64,000 nt of DNA, taken from the NCBI RefSeq assembly GCF_964355755.1, contig NC_092678.1, positions 6,464,422 to 6,528,421 on the forward strand. The letters run 5' to 3'. Source of the DNA: Antedon mediterranea (taxonomy: Eukaryota; Animalia; Echinodermata). The first letter of the stretch is position 1; each line of letters starts with the position of its first letter. Shown here piece after piece: positions 1-11,416 of this stretch. Position numbers and translations under genes: made by a program. The notes beneath the pieces were generated by a model, which ran no database searches, had not been told where the DNA came from, and worked only from the letters and a program-made list of their open reading frames with translations.

Positions 1-2482
1 ATTACTAAAATATTAAAATTATCTTACCAAAAAGTTTTATCCTGGTTTCTAATTATAGATTAAAACCCCGCCCACTCGAAATGCTATTAATAATAAATTT
101 ATATAAAAGATCTTATTTCTACTGTACATATTATGATCATAGAGATATTATTATTATGATATGATTTATAATTTTAAGTGCGCCGCGGCGCCGATACGAT
201 GGATATAAAACAAATCTGCTGCCGCCCCCTATGTCATACCAATACCATTTGTGTTTGTCAGCAGTGTAGAATTCTATTCATTATTATATTAGACGAGAAC
301 TATTATTATTTATTAGTTGAACACTTTCATACTTTCATTTTAAATATTTGCTGTATTTTAAAATTTAAATTTTTTAAAAATGTTTGTGACGTAAATAATT
401 TCACTTCAAAAATGGAATAATCCCAAGCGTAAAATCGCAAGAGGGCGTACAATAAAAGTATTTCTTCTCTATGGCATATTGGTATAAACTTCCACAAAAT
501 GTCACCACAACACATTCACATTATACATAAGATATAAATGTAAAACCATTGTAACATAAGTAGAAAACATAATCACATACGGTAATGTATATAGACGAGG
601 AAAGCATGCGGTACTGTATGATTTTTCTAGTAAACCCAACATAGGTAAATTTAAAAATACAGTAAAATAGCACATGACACATACGCCTAATCTAGCCCTA
701 TGGTTAATAGAATACGTTTTATTTATGACAATTCGGAGACAAGTCTCCCGGAGAAGCCACATAGCCACATAGCCGTTAAGGCTAGTGGCTAATTAAGCGG
801 CCTCCCTCTTAAACTACGGTATCTTTAAAATTATAGAGAAAAACAGTTAAATAAATAAAGATTCACTAAGTGTGCTTAAACAATTCGAAAATTGATTTTA
901 AAAGATAAAAATTGGTTTACGTATAATGCGCTAGATGTGATATATGTGTAGGCCTACTCTATTCCTAATTTGCTATGATGAAAAAATGATCATAATTATG
1001 TTGAGATATATGAGTAAGCTATATTGGGTTCTATGGTAGCCAAATTAATACAAATATCTACGTTTAAACGCTTGGACACAAATTATTAGTAGTTAGTGTT
1101 TCTTTGTGATGTCACACTAATATTCAAACAACTTCAAATGGTGTAATTTGGTACATTATAATCCCATATGACAAGATAATCGCATTTTGTTTATTTTACC
1201 GTCTTCTTATTAAATCCCGAATTCATCCTTCTCCCGAGATAACATGCGAATGTTTATTCGTGTCAATTCAGTTTATTTTGCTTTCACGGCTAGCTGTGTT
1301 ATTAATACTGCGGGGTGATCCACGGTGTCTTTGACAAAGCATGCCGAACAATGTGCAATCCAATAGGCATTTAATTTGCGTGCGCTATGCGTATAGGAGT
1401 TATATAATAAGAATAGGGAAAGTAAAACACTATTTGGCAAATTCTAATCCACCGTACTATAAATTTGGCAGAAACCAACCAATAATTAAAAAAAACGGAT
1501 GATCTTTGGTCTATTAAAGGCTTTAAACTTTTTCTAATTCTTTTTAGTAAATATTTCCAAATTTCAATGCAGGAAAAATGAAACAAGTTCTTAAGCTCTT
1601 AGTTAGCCAGTTACATTCGCACGCTAAATTACAAGTGGTATGGAATGGTGTCCTAAAAATTTCCTCGAAAATAACTAAATACTCATGTAAGTAAATAATA
1701 AGGGAGGACGGTGGCCTACATGAAATTCCATTCCCCCTGGAATCGCGGTTAAATCTCCAAATGAAGTCTATCATCCATTGCCGCGCCTTGGTAAATTCCT
1801 GGCGCCAATTCTAATTTTTATTTAATAATTACATAATCAAATATTTACCATACAACCCCGTTTATTCAAAGTTACCGACCGATGATATTTGACGACACCA
1901 TCTTTGTCGGTGAAAAGAAATGTCAAAACGTCATGATGTAGCTGGCGAGAATTATCAAAGGTATTGCAGTTAATGAAGCGGCATAACCCTTTGATGTGCG
2001 ACTGACTAATATAATTACTCATCTTCATTAGTAATTCGCTCTATTAGTCTCTATTGTGCCCCTGATATCAAGAAACACCGCAGTGGACTTCAAGATGTGA
2101 GATTGATAAACAAACCAGCCTTACTGTCACCGCTACCAATTTCTTCGAATCTCGGTACTATGTCATCTTATTAAAATTAACCATGTGTTAAGAGTAATTT
2201 GTTATGTGTTTAAGACAGTTATTGAAAAAAACCAATGACATGTTAAACAGTAGATATTGATGATATAATACAATAATATGTAAAAATATGTCTATATATA
2301 GGCCTATATATATACCCAAAGTAATTATTTTTATAGTGTTCTTAAATTTATTCAAAGATGTCCCTGAAATAAAGTAGTTCAAATAAAACCGTCAAGAAAT
2401 CCACAAAGAAAAAGGACAATATTAAGCGGCAATTTGTCGAAGATGTTCCCTAAATAAGGGTTCTATTTTATCTGATTGTTAA

Positions 2483-2841
2483 AGATGTATTGCCCCCTCC
2501 CCCCCCCCCCCACTAACAAAAAAAAACACTTTTTTAATATGCCATTCTAATGTCACATAGTATAGTTATTCTTGTAGACCAAAAATTGGATCGAAAATAA
2601 AAATTATTTACCTGAAAAACTGTAATTTAAAGAAAAAAATAATCAAATTGGCTGGTTTGGTTTGGTTGATTGGCATTGGTTTTTAATTGAATTTAACCGT
2701 TTATTTTTTGTCTTATAACTGAAAACATTATTTGGTGGGGTGTGGGGGGGGGGGGGGTGGTTATACGGAAGTGATTAACTTTATTAAAACCCATTCATAG
2801 TCTAATTTTATTAGTTCATGTTCTTGGGTGACAATACATCT
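2483..2841. mobile_element. Kolobok-like (TTAA-targeting) MITE, family copy 1
   Basis: TIR AGATGTATTG(T)CCCC / GGGTGACAATACATCT flanked by TTAA at 2479-2482 and 2842-2845; second copy at 61662-62004. Confidence 0.8.
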
Positions 2842-5800
2842 TTAAGTTTGCTCAGTTTGCAGTGTAAAACGGTTGCTTTTCTTAAGATCAATACCGCCCT
2901 CAAGGAGGAGATAATACTTTACAACATCATGTTCTACCTTTTCGTACACAATCGTATACTATACCATTCGTTAATGTCTTGTTTATTGTCATGCTACATG
3001 TTCAGTTAATCTGTTTATTATTCTCAATCTACATGTTTATTTGTGTTTGTAAATGTATCCCTGTTGCCATCATACTGTTTAAAACCCGATGCCGTTATTT
3101 ATATTGCATTGCATCTATAGGGCCTAATGGGAAATATCGTTTTCATTTAGTGAACATGTTACCATATTTATCTGCATTTGAAATGCGTGTTGATAGAATT
3201 TAAAGTGACTTCATGTCGGTCATTGACCTGGGAATGACACAAGCATTTAAAAGACTATCAGGATATTGGGATGGGAAAGATAAATTGGGTCTAATGAGCC
3301 CCAGGGCCAGCCATTGTTTCCGTTTTTTTACTTTCGACAAATGTCAGGAGAGTGGAAGTGCCGTCTGCTTATACCGCCTATACATATACACAAGTGCAAT
3401 GGATTTGTTAATGTATTGGTATAGTTCATTAGAACTCGGTTGAGAACGCATTCAGGGCCCCAAATAGTGTCCCCTTGTATGGGTGTCTCTTCGATCAATA
3501 GGGGTTGAGGTCGTACTGTATTCCCCCTCAAAATTATTTCACGGAAAAAGGTCTCCGGGTTAATAGTAGAACTGATATGGTGTGCCAAAAATGGGGCTAC
3601 GGTGCTGTAGTATGTATGTATCCGCCTCACACTACACACGAAATAATAGGCATATCTAAATAAGTTTGGATTTATTTGTTTTACCATCGGGTTTACCTTT
3701 CAAACACACTCAGCATTTACTTTTCAGACCCGCAAAAATAAATATTTTTCACCGCATCTGAAGTAAGAAATTCGAAAACAAGTTTATGTGTGAACAGACC
3801 CTTAATGAGGGCCAATCTACAGGGTATATTATTTCACAATGTGTGAGCTTTTAGTCCTTATTACAAAGGTGTGTGTCAATGATTTGCTTTGATGTTGCCG
3901 CCGTCATGATCGGTAATTCTAGACCGCCGTAGAAAGTATGTTTATTGACCAGTTCGTTTTGTTGAATTCGTTTAGGAATCACACGCACAATGCCTGATAA
4001 TCACACCTTAATCGGGAAAGTAAATTTGATAACACTGTTGTCTAATAAACAGTCATCCATTATTATTTCGAACTCGTGCATAACTCGTATAAGAAAGTTA
4101 AGTTCGTGACTTGCGCGCAGTGGCCAGCAATGGAAATAAAATTATGCTAGGTGGCACTGCAGAACAAATATGCTAGATTATGCTAGGCACGATTAAAGTA
4201 AAAATTGCACAAGAACAATGTATATCAGAGGGCGGTGTATGTAATGTTTTATGTAACACAAAAGTGATAAGCCACTATGCTTATGCGAGCTGGCTCGATA
4301 GATGTTCCAAACATCGGTATAATACTATCGGTTTCCCGCCATATAGGCCTAATTTATACCACACGTCATGATGAACATTAATGCGTTGATACAGTGCCCA
4401 CAATCGGTTGGACGACGATAGAATAAATGAAATGGTTGTACTTATAGCATGAAGTCTGCAATGAATTGTCGCATTACTGGTCAAATAGCCAGATTTTTCT
4501 CGTTTTTAGTATTCTCATCCCAAAGATAGACTATGAAATGACAGTTCATGTACCATACTGTACTAATACATAGTAGACCGTAATACCAGACGGGAATATA
4601 GAACACCGCAGTCTATGTAAGATTGTGATGACTACACCCGATTCTGCATCTGTCACTAGATAGGGTCTAACTGACTGTCGACAGTCAGAATCTTGTGGAA
4701 TGCGCTTATACACAATTCAAATACTGATACAATAACACTTATCGGATTCTACATGTGCGTATCTCAGAACCGTGACCTTAAACCAATTTCTAACTGACCC
4801 CATAACCTATACTGCCTAGGGCTATATGAAGTTTTTGAGTAAAACCAACTTAAATGGAATCTGCCGAACGAACGAAAAAGTATTCTAATTATTTAATGCA
4901 AAAAAAATAACAAAAAGTAGAACCCTTCCTTTTACTTGAGATTATAACTGTAGGAAACGAATCCTGTAAAAAATTACAATGGCCAATCTACAGCACCGTA
5001 TTTGTTACGACCGTAACACCAATTAGGCATATAAGTAGGCCTATAAGGGCACTTTTTTGATGGAGGGCGGGGGGGGGGGGTGTCTAAACACAAACCAGGG
5101 ATGCAATAGTTAGGCCTACATTCTAACAACTTCTACTAATTCCTCGCTGTCTGTGAGGTCTCCTGGAAACATTCATCGGTAGATTGAAGATTACCGGTAG
5201 GCCTACAACCGTTTGTATAGTTATATTAGCGACCCGGGTGATAATCTATATTGTTTGTTTAAGTCTGCAGAAATCTCCTCTCTTTTTTGGCAGTTTTTAC
5301 TATAAGGCCTGCAGTGTGTTAGTATGTTTATTATTATCGCGTTCCTAAAGACTTGTATAAAGTTGTAAATGTTGGATTATTGGAGAGGGATCAGTTCCGG
5401 ACGATTAGCTAGTAGACTGCAAACGTGGCATGTTGTCTGGGGTAAAGTTTACGCTAAAAGGTAACAACACAAACGTCATCAAAATCGGAATATCCACTGA
5501 GAATTGACTTATGTAATTCTCACTGTTTTAAATATACAAATTAGCCTATTGTCAAATAGGCCATATGAGTTTTAGACATTAAAAAAAATGTTTTTCTTCG
5601 AATTCATACAAATTCACATTCCACTTACAAATGCACACTTTCGTTTGTGCTTGCATTCTGGCAAACATTCATTTCGTAAAATTAATAAATGTACATTTAT
5701 GTAAATGTGTGTCTGAGAGTTGTTTCACCATTCTTACTAAAAATGAACATTTGTATTGATAGGTAGGATTTTTTTTCCTCTTTTGTGGTGTAATCTACCG

Positions 5801-7035
5801 TACGGTACCATTTCTATTCGTTCACGATATTACAAATACATAGGTATCATATAGATATTTTGTTAATTTAACATAACTAAACGTAAAAATGCATATAATT
5901 ACTAGAATCAAGTTTAAAATAAATAGAGATGTTCGTTCGTCCGTGCATTATGATCTCTACACACACCGGTTCAACGTTTATTCTCTATAAAAAAAACACC
6001 GAACTATTAATAATTGTTTTGTTCTTAATTTATCGGTGATTTTAGCGCCTGGCTCATCTTATCGATCGAGTATAGCTATATCAGCACGTTGTGCACTTTC
6101 AACATTAGAAACGTTAGAGTTATAGCATTTATCGTGGAAATTGCTCGATGATGGATAAAACACGAAGGAAGTGGCTTTAAAAGGACACAATCCATTACCG
6201 TTCATGTTCTCAATATGTCTACATTGCTAAATCATTTCCGATATTGTGTCTGAAAATGTGGATGTTTGTAGTTTTATGACCCATTTTACCTAATAAAAAG
6301 AGCGCAGACATGATTAGTCACGTGGGTGATGCATAATAGGGGTATGACAATTTATGTACAGTTTATGACAAATAAAAATGCACAGTATGGTCCGAGTAGG
6401 TAAGTAAAAATGGCAGATTAAGGTGAGCAGTAGGCCTATACACAAACGATGTACATTAAGATCGGCCTACACCAAAATGTCGTGATTGAGGCTACCAGAG
6501 AACATTTTGATAAGGCCTATTAATGGTGACAACAAAACTGTGAAGTACTGCAAGTAAATTTAGTCAGTTTTATGCGCAGTTGTTCGTCCATAATATAAAA
6601 TACTATAGGCCTAAAATGGAAAGATAGGCCTATAAATTATATTGCTGAAATGGTATGCGGAATGGATCGGTGATTTTATTCATGAACATGGTAAACAATC
6701 GTATATTAGAACATACAAATAATTGAAATGAATAAACTGTTATATAACTGTTAAGTTATTTGTATGTGAGACGTTGTTTCATGTAGAAATACCATAGGCA
6801 GCTCCCATCGGCACGTGTATATACGAGATAATAAAATGTAGGCCTACACTAGACAATTTGCATTGTTTTTGTAATAATTGTATTAAGAAATCGTTATTTA
6901 TATGCTTTATACGCCAAATTTCCTATCGACGGTGTTTTTGCAGCAGGACTTTGTTTATTTTGGTTAGGAAAGAAGTGCATTTAGAATAGAGGCTAAACAT
7001 CAAAGTACCGATAAGTTAGTACAACTGTTGGACTC

Positions 7036-7130
7036 AACCAATCAGAAGGCAGAACTTCTTGACTTTGAAAGAAAGTACCGCCTACTTACCCAGTCATCGC
7101 ACGCCACCACAGCACAGTGGGTTCTCAGTT
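7036..7130 (+). promoter_or_regulatory. Putative core promoter of the PDZRN gene (NF-Y CCAAT box plus Inr-like TCAGTT)
   Basis: AACCAATCAG with CCAAT at 7038-7042; TCAGTT at 7125-7130, about 85 bp downstream and 150 bp before the ATG; CpG-retaining context. Confidence 0.45.
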
Positions 7131-7273
7131 GTTTGCTGTAGTGATGCTTGGAAGATCGTGTTTACCAGCCTAGCCTACCAGTTTTTCGCCTGCTAGCCTG
7201 GGTTTTACGTACTTAGCCTAAGTCTTAGGCTGATTCATATATTCTTGGATAATACTACGAGTAAAGGAGGAAA

Positions 7274-7978
7274 ATGGGTTTCGACCTTGATCGTTTTACG
7301 ACTGAAGTGGACGAGGATTTAAAATGTAGCGTTTGTTTAGGGGTTTTGGAAAACCCTCTAGCCACTCCATGTGGCCATGTGTTCTGTTCGAATTGCGCCC
7401 TGCCGTGGGTCGTGCAGAACGGATGTTGCCCTTTGAAATGTGAGAAATTTACGGTCAAGGAATTAAACAACGTTCTTCCGTTACGGAATATCATTCTTAA
7501 GCTTGAAATTCGTTGTGAATATTGTGATCGTGGATGTGAAGAAAAAGTAAAAGTTCAAAATATGAGCTGTCATTCTGAGGATTGTGATTTTGCTCCTGTA
7601 CAGTGCACAAATAAAGGATGTCGAGAAATTGTAAACATCAAAGAGCAGGCTAACCATGAGACAGTGGTATGTGAGTTTAGGCCTGTTGGGCCTTGTAAAA
7701 ATGGCTGTGGCCTTACCCTACAGTTTAATACACTTAATGATCACAACTGTCTGAAAGCCTTACAGACGCACGTCTCTGTACAACAAGTTAAGTTAGCGAA
7801 CTCAGAACACGATATGAAGAAAATGATTGGAAGAGCTACAAAACGCGAGAAATCGTTACTGTCGCGAATTGCCTCCATGCAGAATGAAATTCAGATGCAA
7901 GCGTTAAAATTCCAAAAGAAGTTAAATGAATATAAAGCTGAAATTGACTACCTTACTAAAGTTATGTCATTTCAAAAG
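7274..7978 (+). CDS. PDZRN3: PDZ-domain RING finger E3 ubiquitin ligase (PDZRN3/PDZRN4, LNX3/4 family), coding exon 1: RING, TRAF-type zinc fingers, coiled coil
   Basis: Starts MGFDLDRF as in PDZRN3/4; C3HC4 RING CSVC...PCGHVFCSNC...CPLKC; TRAF-type Zn fingers; 235 codons ending AAG|GTATGA donor (phase 0). Invertebrate gene is probably co-orthologous to PDZRN3 and PDZRN4. Confidence 0.93.
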
Positions 7979-8665
7979 GTATGATATGGTAATTATGTGC
8001 TATTGTACTTTCTCTCCTAAAAATGTTTTTTAAATATTGTTTTACATCCAATGATATCACTTCAACTTTACCTGATAACTAAAATAGTTAAGATATGTGT
8101 CATGATGGTAGTGAAAGGAAAGTGCAAAATATGAATACCATTGTTGTTTATGTGTGTGTATTGTACTTTCATACTTAAAATATGTAACTTTTTAAAACCT
8201 GTTTTGAACGAATGAACTACTACGGTTCTTAAAACATATTCCAACATTAAATTCGCCAAAGTCCCTCCTGCATACCTGATTGCTTATATGTGTTATTATT
8301 TGATAATCCCACCTATAACTTTTGACACCTACCCCTACACATAAGGTGTAACTATTCTGATTGATATATTTTTTGTTGAATACTGGATAGATCATGATAT
8401 GATAAGTATTGTATGGATTGATGTCATACAGAGTATGTGAATCTCAATGTTAAGCTACTGTATTCTTAATAATAAAAACAACCGATGAATGTTTATTATC
8501 CCTTGAAGTTTGAACAGCATTGTAAACATATGAACAATAAGCCCACTTCTGGTCTTTTCAATTATTTACTCATCCAAGGCTCTTTTGGTATCGGAGCATT
8601 GCTACAAGTTAGTGCTAAAAAAGGTATGAATTTTGAACTACTACAGTACATACATTTCCCTCTAA

Positions 8666-8866
8666 GGGCGCGTTTATACAACACGCTATTACACGCATAT
8701 TCTACACGCCTACGAAAAGTGTGTTGTATAACAACAAAGAGATTCCGTGTAATGAGATTTTAATTGCGAAAAAGGCTACTTGGCTGAATCCTAAAATTTG
8801 GTGGATTCCCGGTCGCCGTTACCGTGTTGGAAGTGTCCTCAGGGTATATTTTGACCTCTCGTTAAA
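8666..8866 (+). mobile_element. Harbinger-like MITE, left part (same family as 41976-42591)
   Basis: Begins TAA|GGGCGCGTTTATACAACACGC; about 200 bp closely similar to 41976-42175; matching right end not found. Confidence 0.65.
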
Positions 8867-9323
8867 TTAGGTCGTAATATCAATCATGTCATGCGACATT
8901 GCTAACAAGATTGGGCCCATTTATTGCTGCTTCGCTGCCAGCAATCATCCTCCTACCACGTCTTTTACGCCTAGCCTAGTGGGCCAACTCGTAGTGGTAG
9001 GCCTAGTAGGCCTCTATCGTTTCCCACTCCAAACAGAATAAAAAATAACATCGCAAAAATGGCATCTTCTTCCATAGTGTATAGATGAAACAATGAAACC
9101 CTTAAAATAACTTTTATTAATTTAAATGAACCGAGAACAAAATAAACAACAATGCAAACGTGAACGAATACAACAATAAAAATGGTAAAAACCGCGCGAA
9201 TACATCGGACAGCGAGGAGGCGACGATGATTGTTGACAACTCAGCCAATTCAAGCGCGATCAACGATTTGACCTTTTATCCTAGCATGCACTGCGTGTTG
9301 ATCTTTCCTATTCTTTTCCTAAA

Positions 9324-9552
9324 GTCTTGATCGTATTGGACTTAATTTGGTCAAATTAAATGAGTCGCCAGCTAAATTGACCAAGAAAAGTCCAATCTGA
9401 ACACTGGCTACAGTTTCTTTAGAGTTAAATTAACCAATGCCTTGATCATATTGGATTTAATTTGGTCAAATTAACTGAGTCGCCAGCTATATTGACCAAG
9501 AAAAGTCTAATCTGAATGTTGGCTAATTTCTTTGGATTTAAATTTAACTAGT
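9324..9552. repeat. Tandem dimer (about 115 bp) of an imperfectly palindromic mini-element
   Basis: CTTGATC(G/A)TATTGGA(C/T)TTAATTTGGTCAAATTAA...ATTGACCAAGAAAAGTC(C/T)AATCTGAA occurs twice; each unit has inverted arms. Confidence 0.75.
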
Positions 9553-10519
9553 AGGACCAACAATTATTTTTTCCGACCACTGCCTGCCCAGTACAGGTAG
9601 CTCGCCTTGCCAAGATAGGAAATTGTAACAGTCTTTTGATCTTAGGTGTGGCTGCAACAAATACCAACAATACTGTACTATGTACTACAGTACATTTGTC
9701 TATTTAACTAACATTAAAGGAAGGCAATTAGAAAGTTTAGGGGACATAGAACTGATCATGTCGTAGCCACAGATAAACCCTTTGATCTTTGGAGCTCAGC
9801 ATCCTGTCGTTATCACAGTTTTACAAACTACGCTGCCCCAAAAGTCCAAACCAAAGGTTTGACTCCACTCCAGGAGCTCATGACTTTAACCATGCAAATT
9901 AATCCCACAAAATTGATACCACAATTGTTGTTTTCTGTTAGAAATTGATTAAATATAATATTTTCTCATGCTATACCATTTTACCTGGTTGGATTACTGT
10001 AGATATGAAGGTTATTGCATATGAATGGAATTTGACAATATTGCTGGAATTTGTAAAATCAATGGTATTCATTTAAAAATCTATATTGGAACCAATTGGG
10101 AATATTGTGAAGGTAGCCAAATGGGAAACAAGTTGCATGTGATGAGGTGATAGTTAAAATAGCACTGGTTTACAATTCAACCTCCTCCAAAATCAATTTT
10201 GTAATTTAAAGTATTAAAAGCTGTGAAAAATGCTTTTTTCTATGAATTTCATTCATTTAAATAAGATAATTTTATGCACAAATAACTATGGTAAAAGATA
10301 CCATAAGGCTGCCCTACAAACATGTTTGAGCCTGAATTTGATCAAACGTACTAGATTTTGACCCGTGTTTTACTGTAGTACTATTAGTACAATTTAAATG
10401 TCATAAAAGCACAAAATAAGCTGTTTTTCAATTGATTGGACAATATTTTTAGACCCAATGACCATGTGTACCTGAAGATGATCCCTATTTAAAGTTAAGC
10501 TTGACTTGTACTGTACCGA

Positions 10520-10610
10520 TTTGAATGTGCATTTTGTGTACTAGGCTTTACTTAATGTCCCATTCGAAGGATGTGGCAATGAGATTGATATGCATCAAGT
10601 GAAAGGACAC
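10520..10610 (-). mobile_element. Degenerate tRNA-derived SINE fragment (family of 39045 and 62880)
   Basis: Shares ATGTCCCATTCGAAGGATG with the other two copies. Confidence 0.4.
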
Positions 10611-10680
10611 AAAATACCAATATGTTGTTCTTTTTTATGCAAGTTGTTTTCCTGCAATTTGCTCTTGCACTCTAGAATCA

Positions 10681-10926
10681 CAGAACCCCTCATTTGGGAC
10701 ACTCCATATTAAAGGGACACTCCTTTATTAAATGGACACTCCTAAATTAAAGGGACACTCCTAAATTAAAGGGGCACTCCTAAATTAAAGGGCCACTCCT
10801 ATATTAAAGTGACCTCTCCTGTGAAACAAGCATTGTGCAATATTTTGCTGAACCCTTATTCAGGGGACACCGGTATGGAGACACTTTGTTCTGGTCTGGA
10901 AACTGTTCCTTTAATAGAGTTCACTG
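10681..10926 (+). mobile_element. Tc1/mariner-type MITE (CAGTAGAACC family) with internal 19-bp tandem repeat
   Basis: CAGAACCCCT...AGAGTTCACTG ends; about six GGGACACTCCTAAATTAAA units at 10696-10810. Confidence 0.65.
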
Positions 10927-11416
10927 TTAGTACATATAATAAGGAAGTATTCCATATTGTTGTGTGTAGTGTGTCACTGCAATATGGTATATCAATTTAA
11001 TCCATTTATATTGTTCTACAATATAGTATTTTAATGCATTTGCCTAGTTACATTTTACAATGACAAATCATTAGATTAAATCCCCATAATATACATATGT
11101 TACATGATCTAGAAACTAGTAATTACCCCAAATTTAAAATATTAAAAGTGAAGTTCGTTGAAATTTAATATATTGAGGTATGGTTTTGTTATTAGCATTT
11201 GATTGGAATGAATACTTTTTTCTGGCAATAAAAGTGTAATATAGTTTGTTTCCTATTTCCATAGAAAAAAAAACCTTTCAAAATATAATGTTTTGGTTGG
11301 TTTGTTTAGAAGGTCATAAGGTTAATAACTTTGTTTGGCTTAAATAAATAATACAAATATGTATTGTCTTCCCAAAAACCTGAAATAAAATGAAGATTAA
11401 TTAAGTCAGACTTTAA

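Noticed and set aside
2496-2760. Poly-C and poly-G runs as G-quadruplex regulatory elements
   Set aside because: Homopolymer expansions inside a MITE; no evidence of function.
178-4484. Short upstream ORFs of 60-120 aa
   Set aside because: No domain motifs or consistent splice structure; expected by chance.
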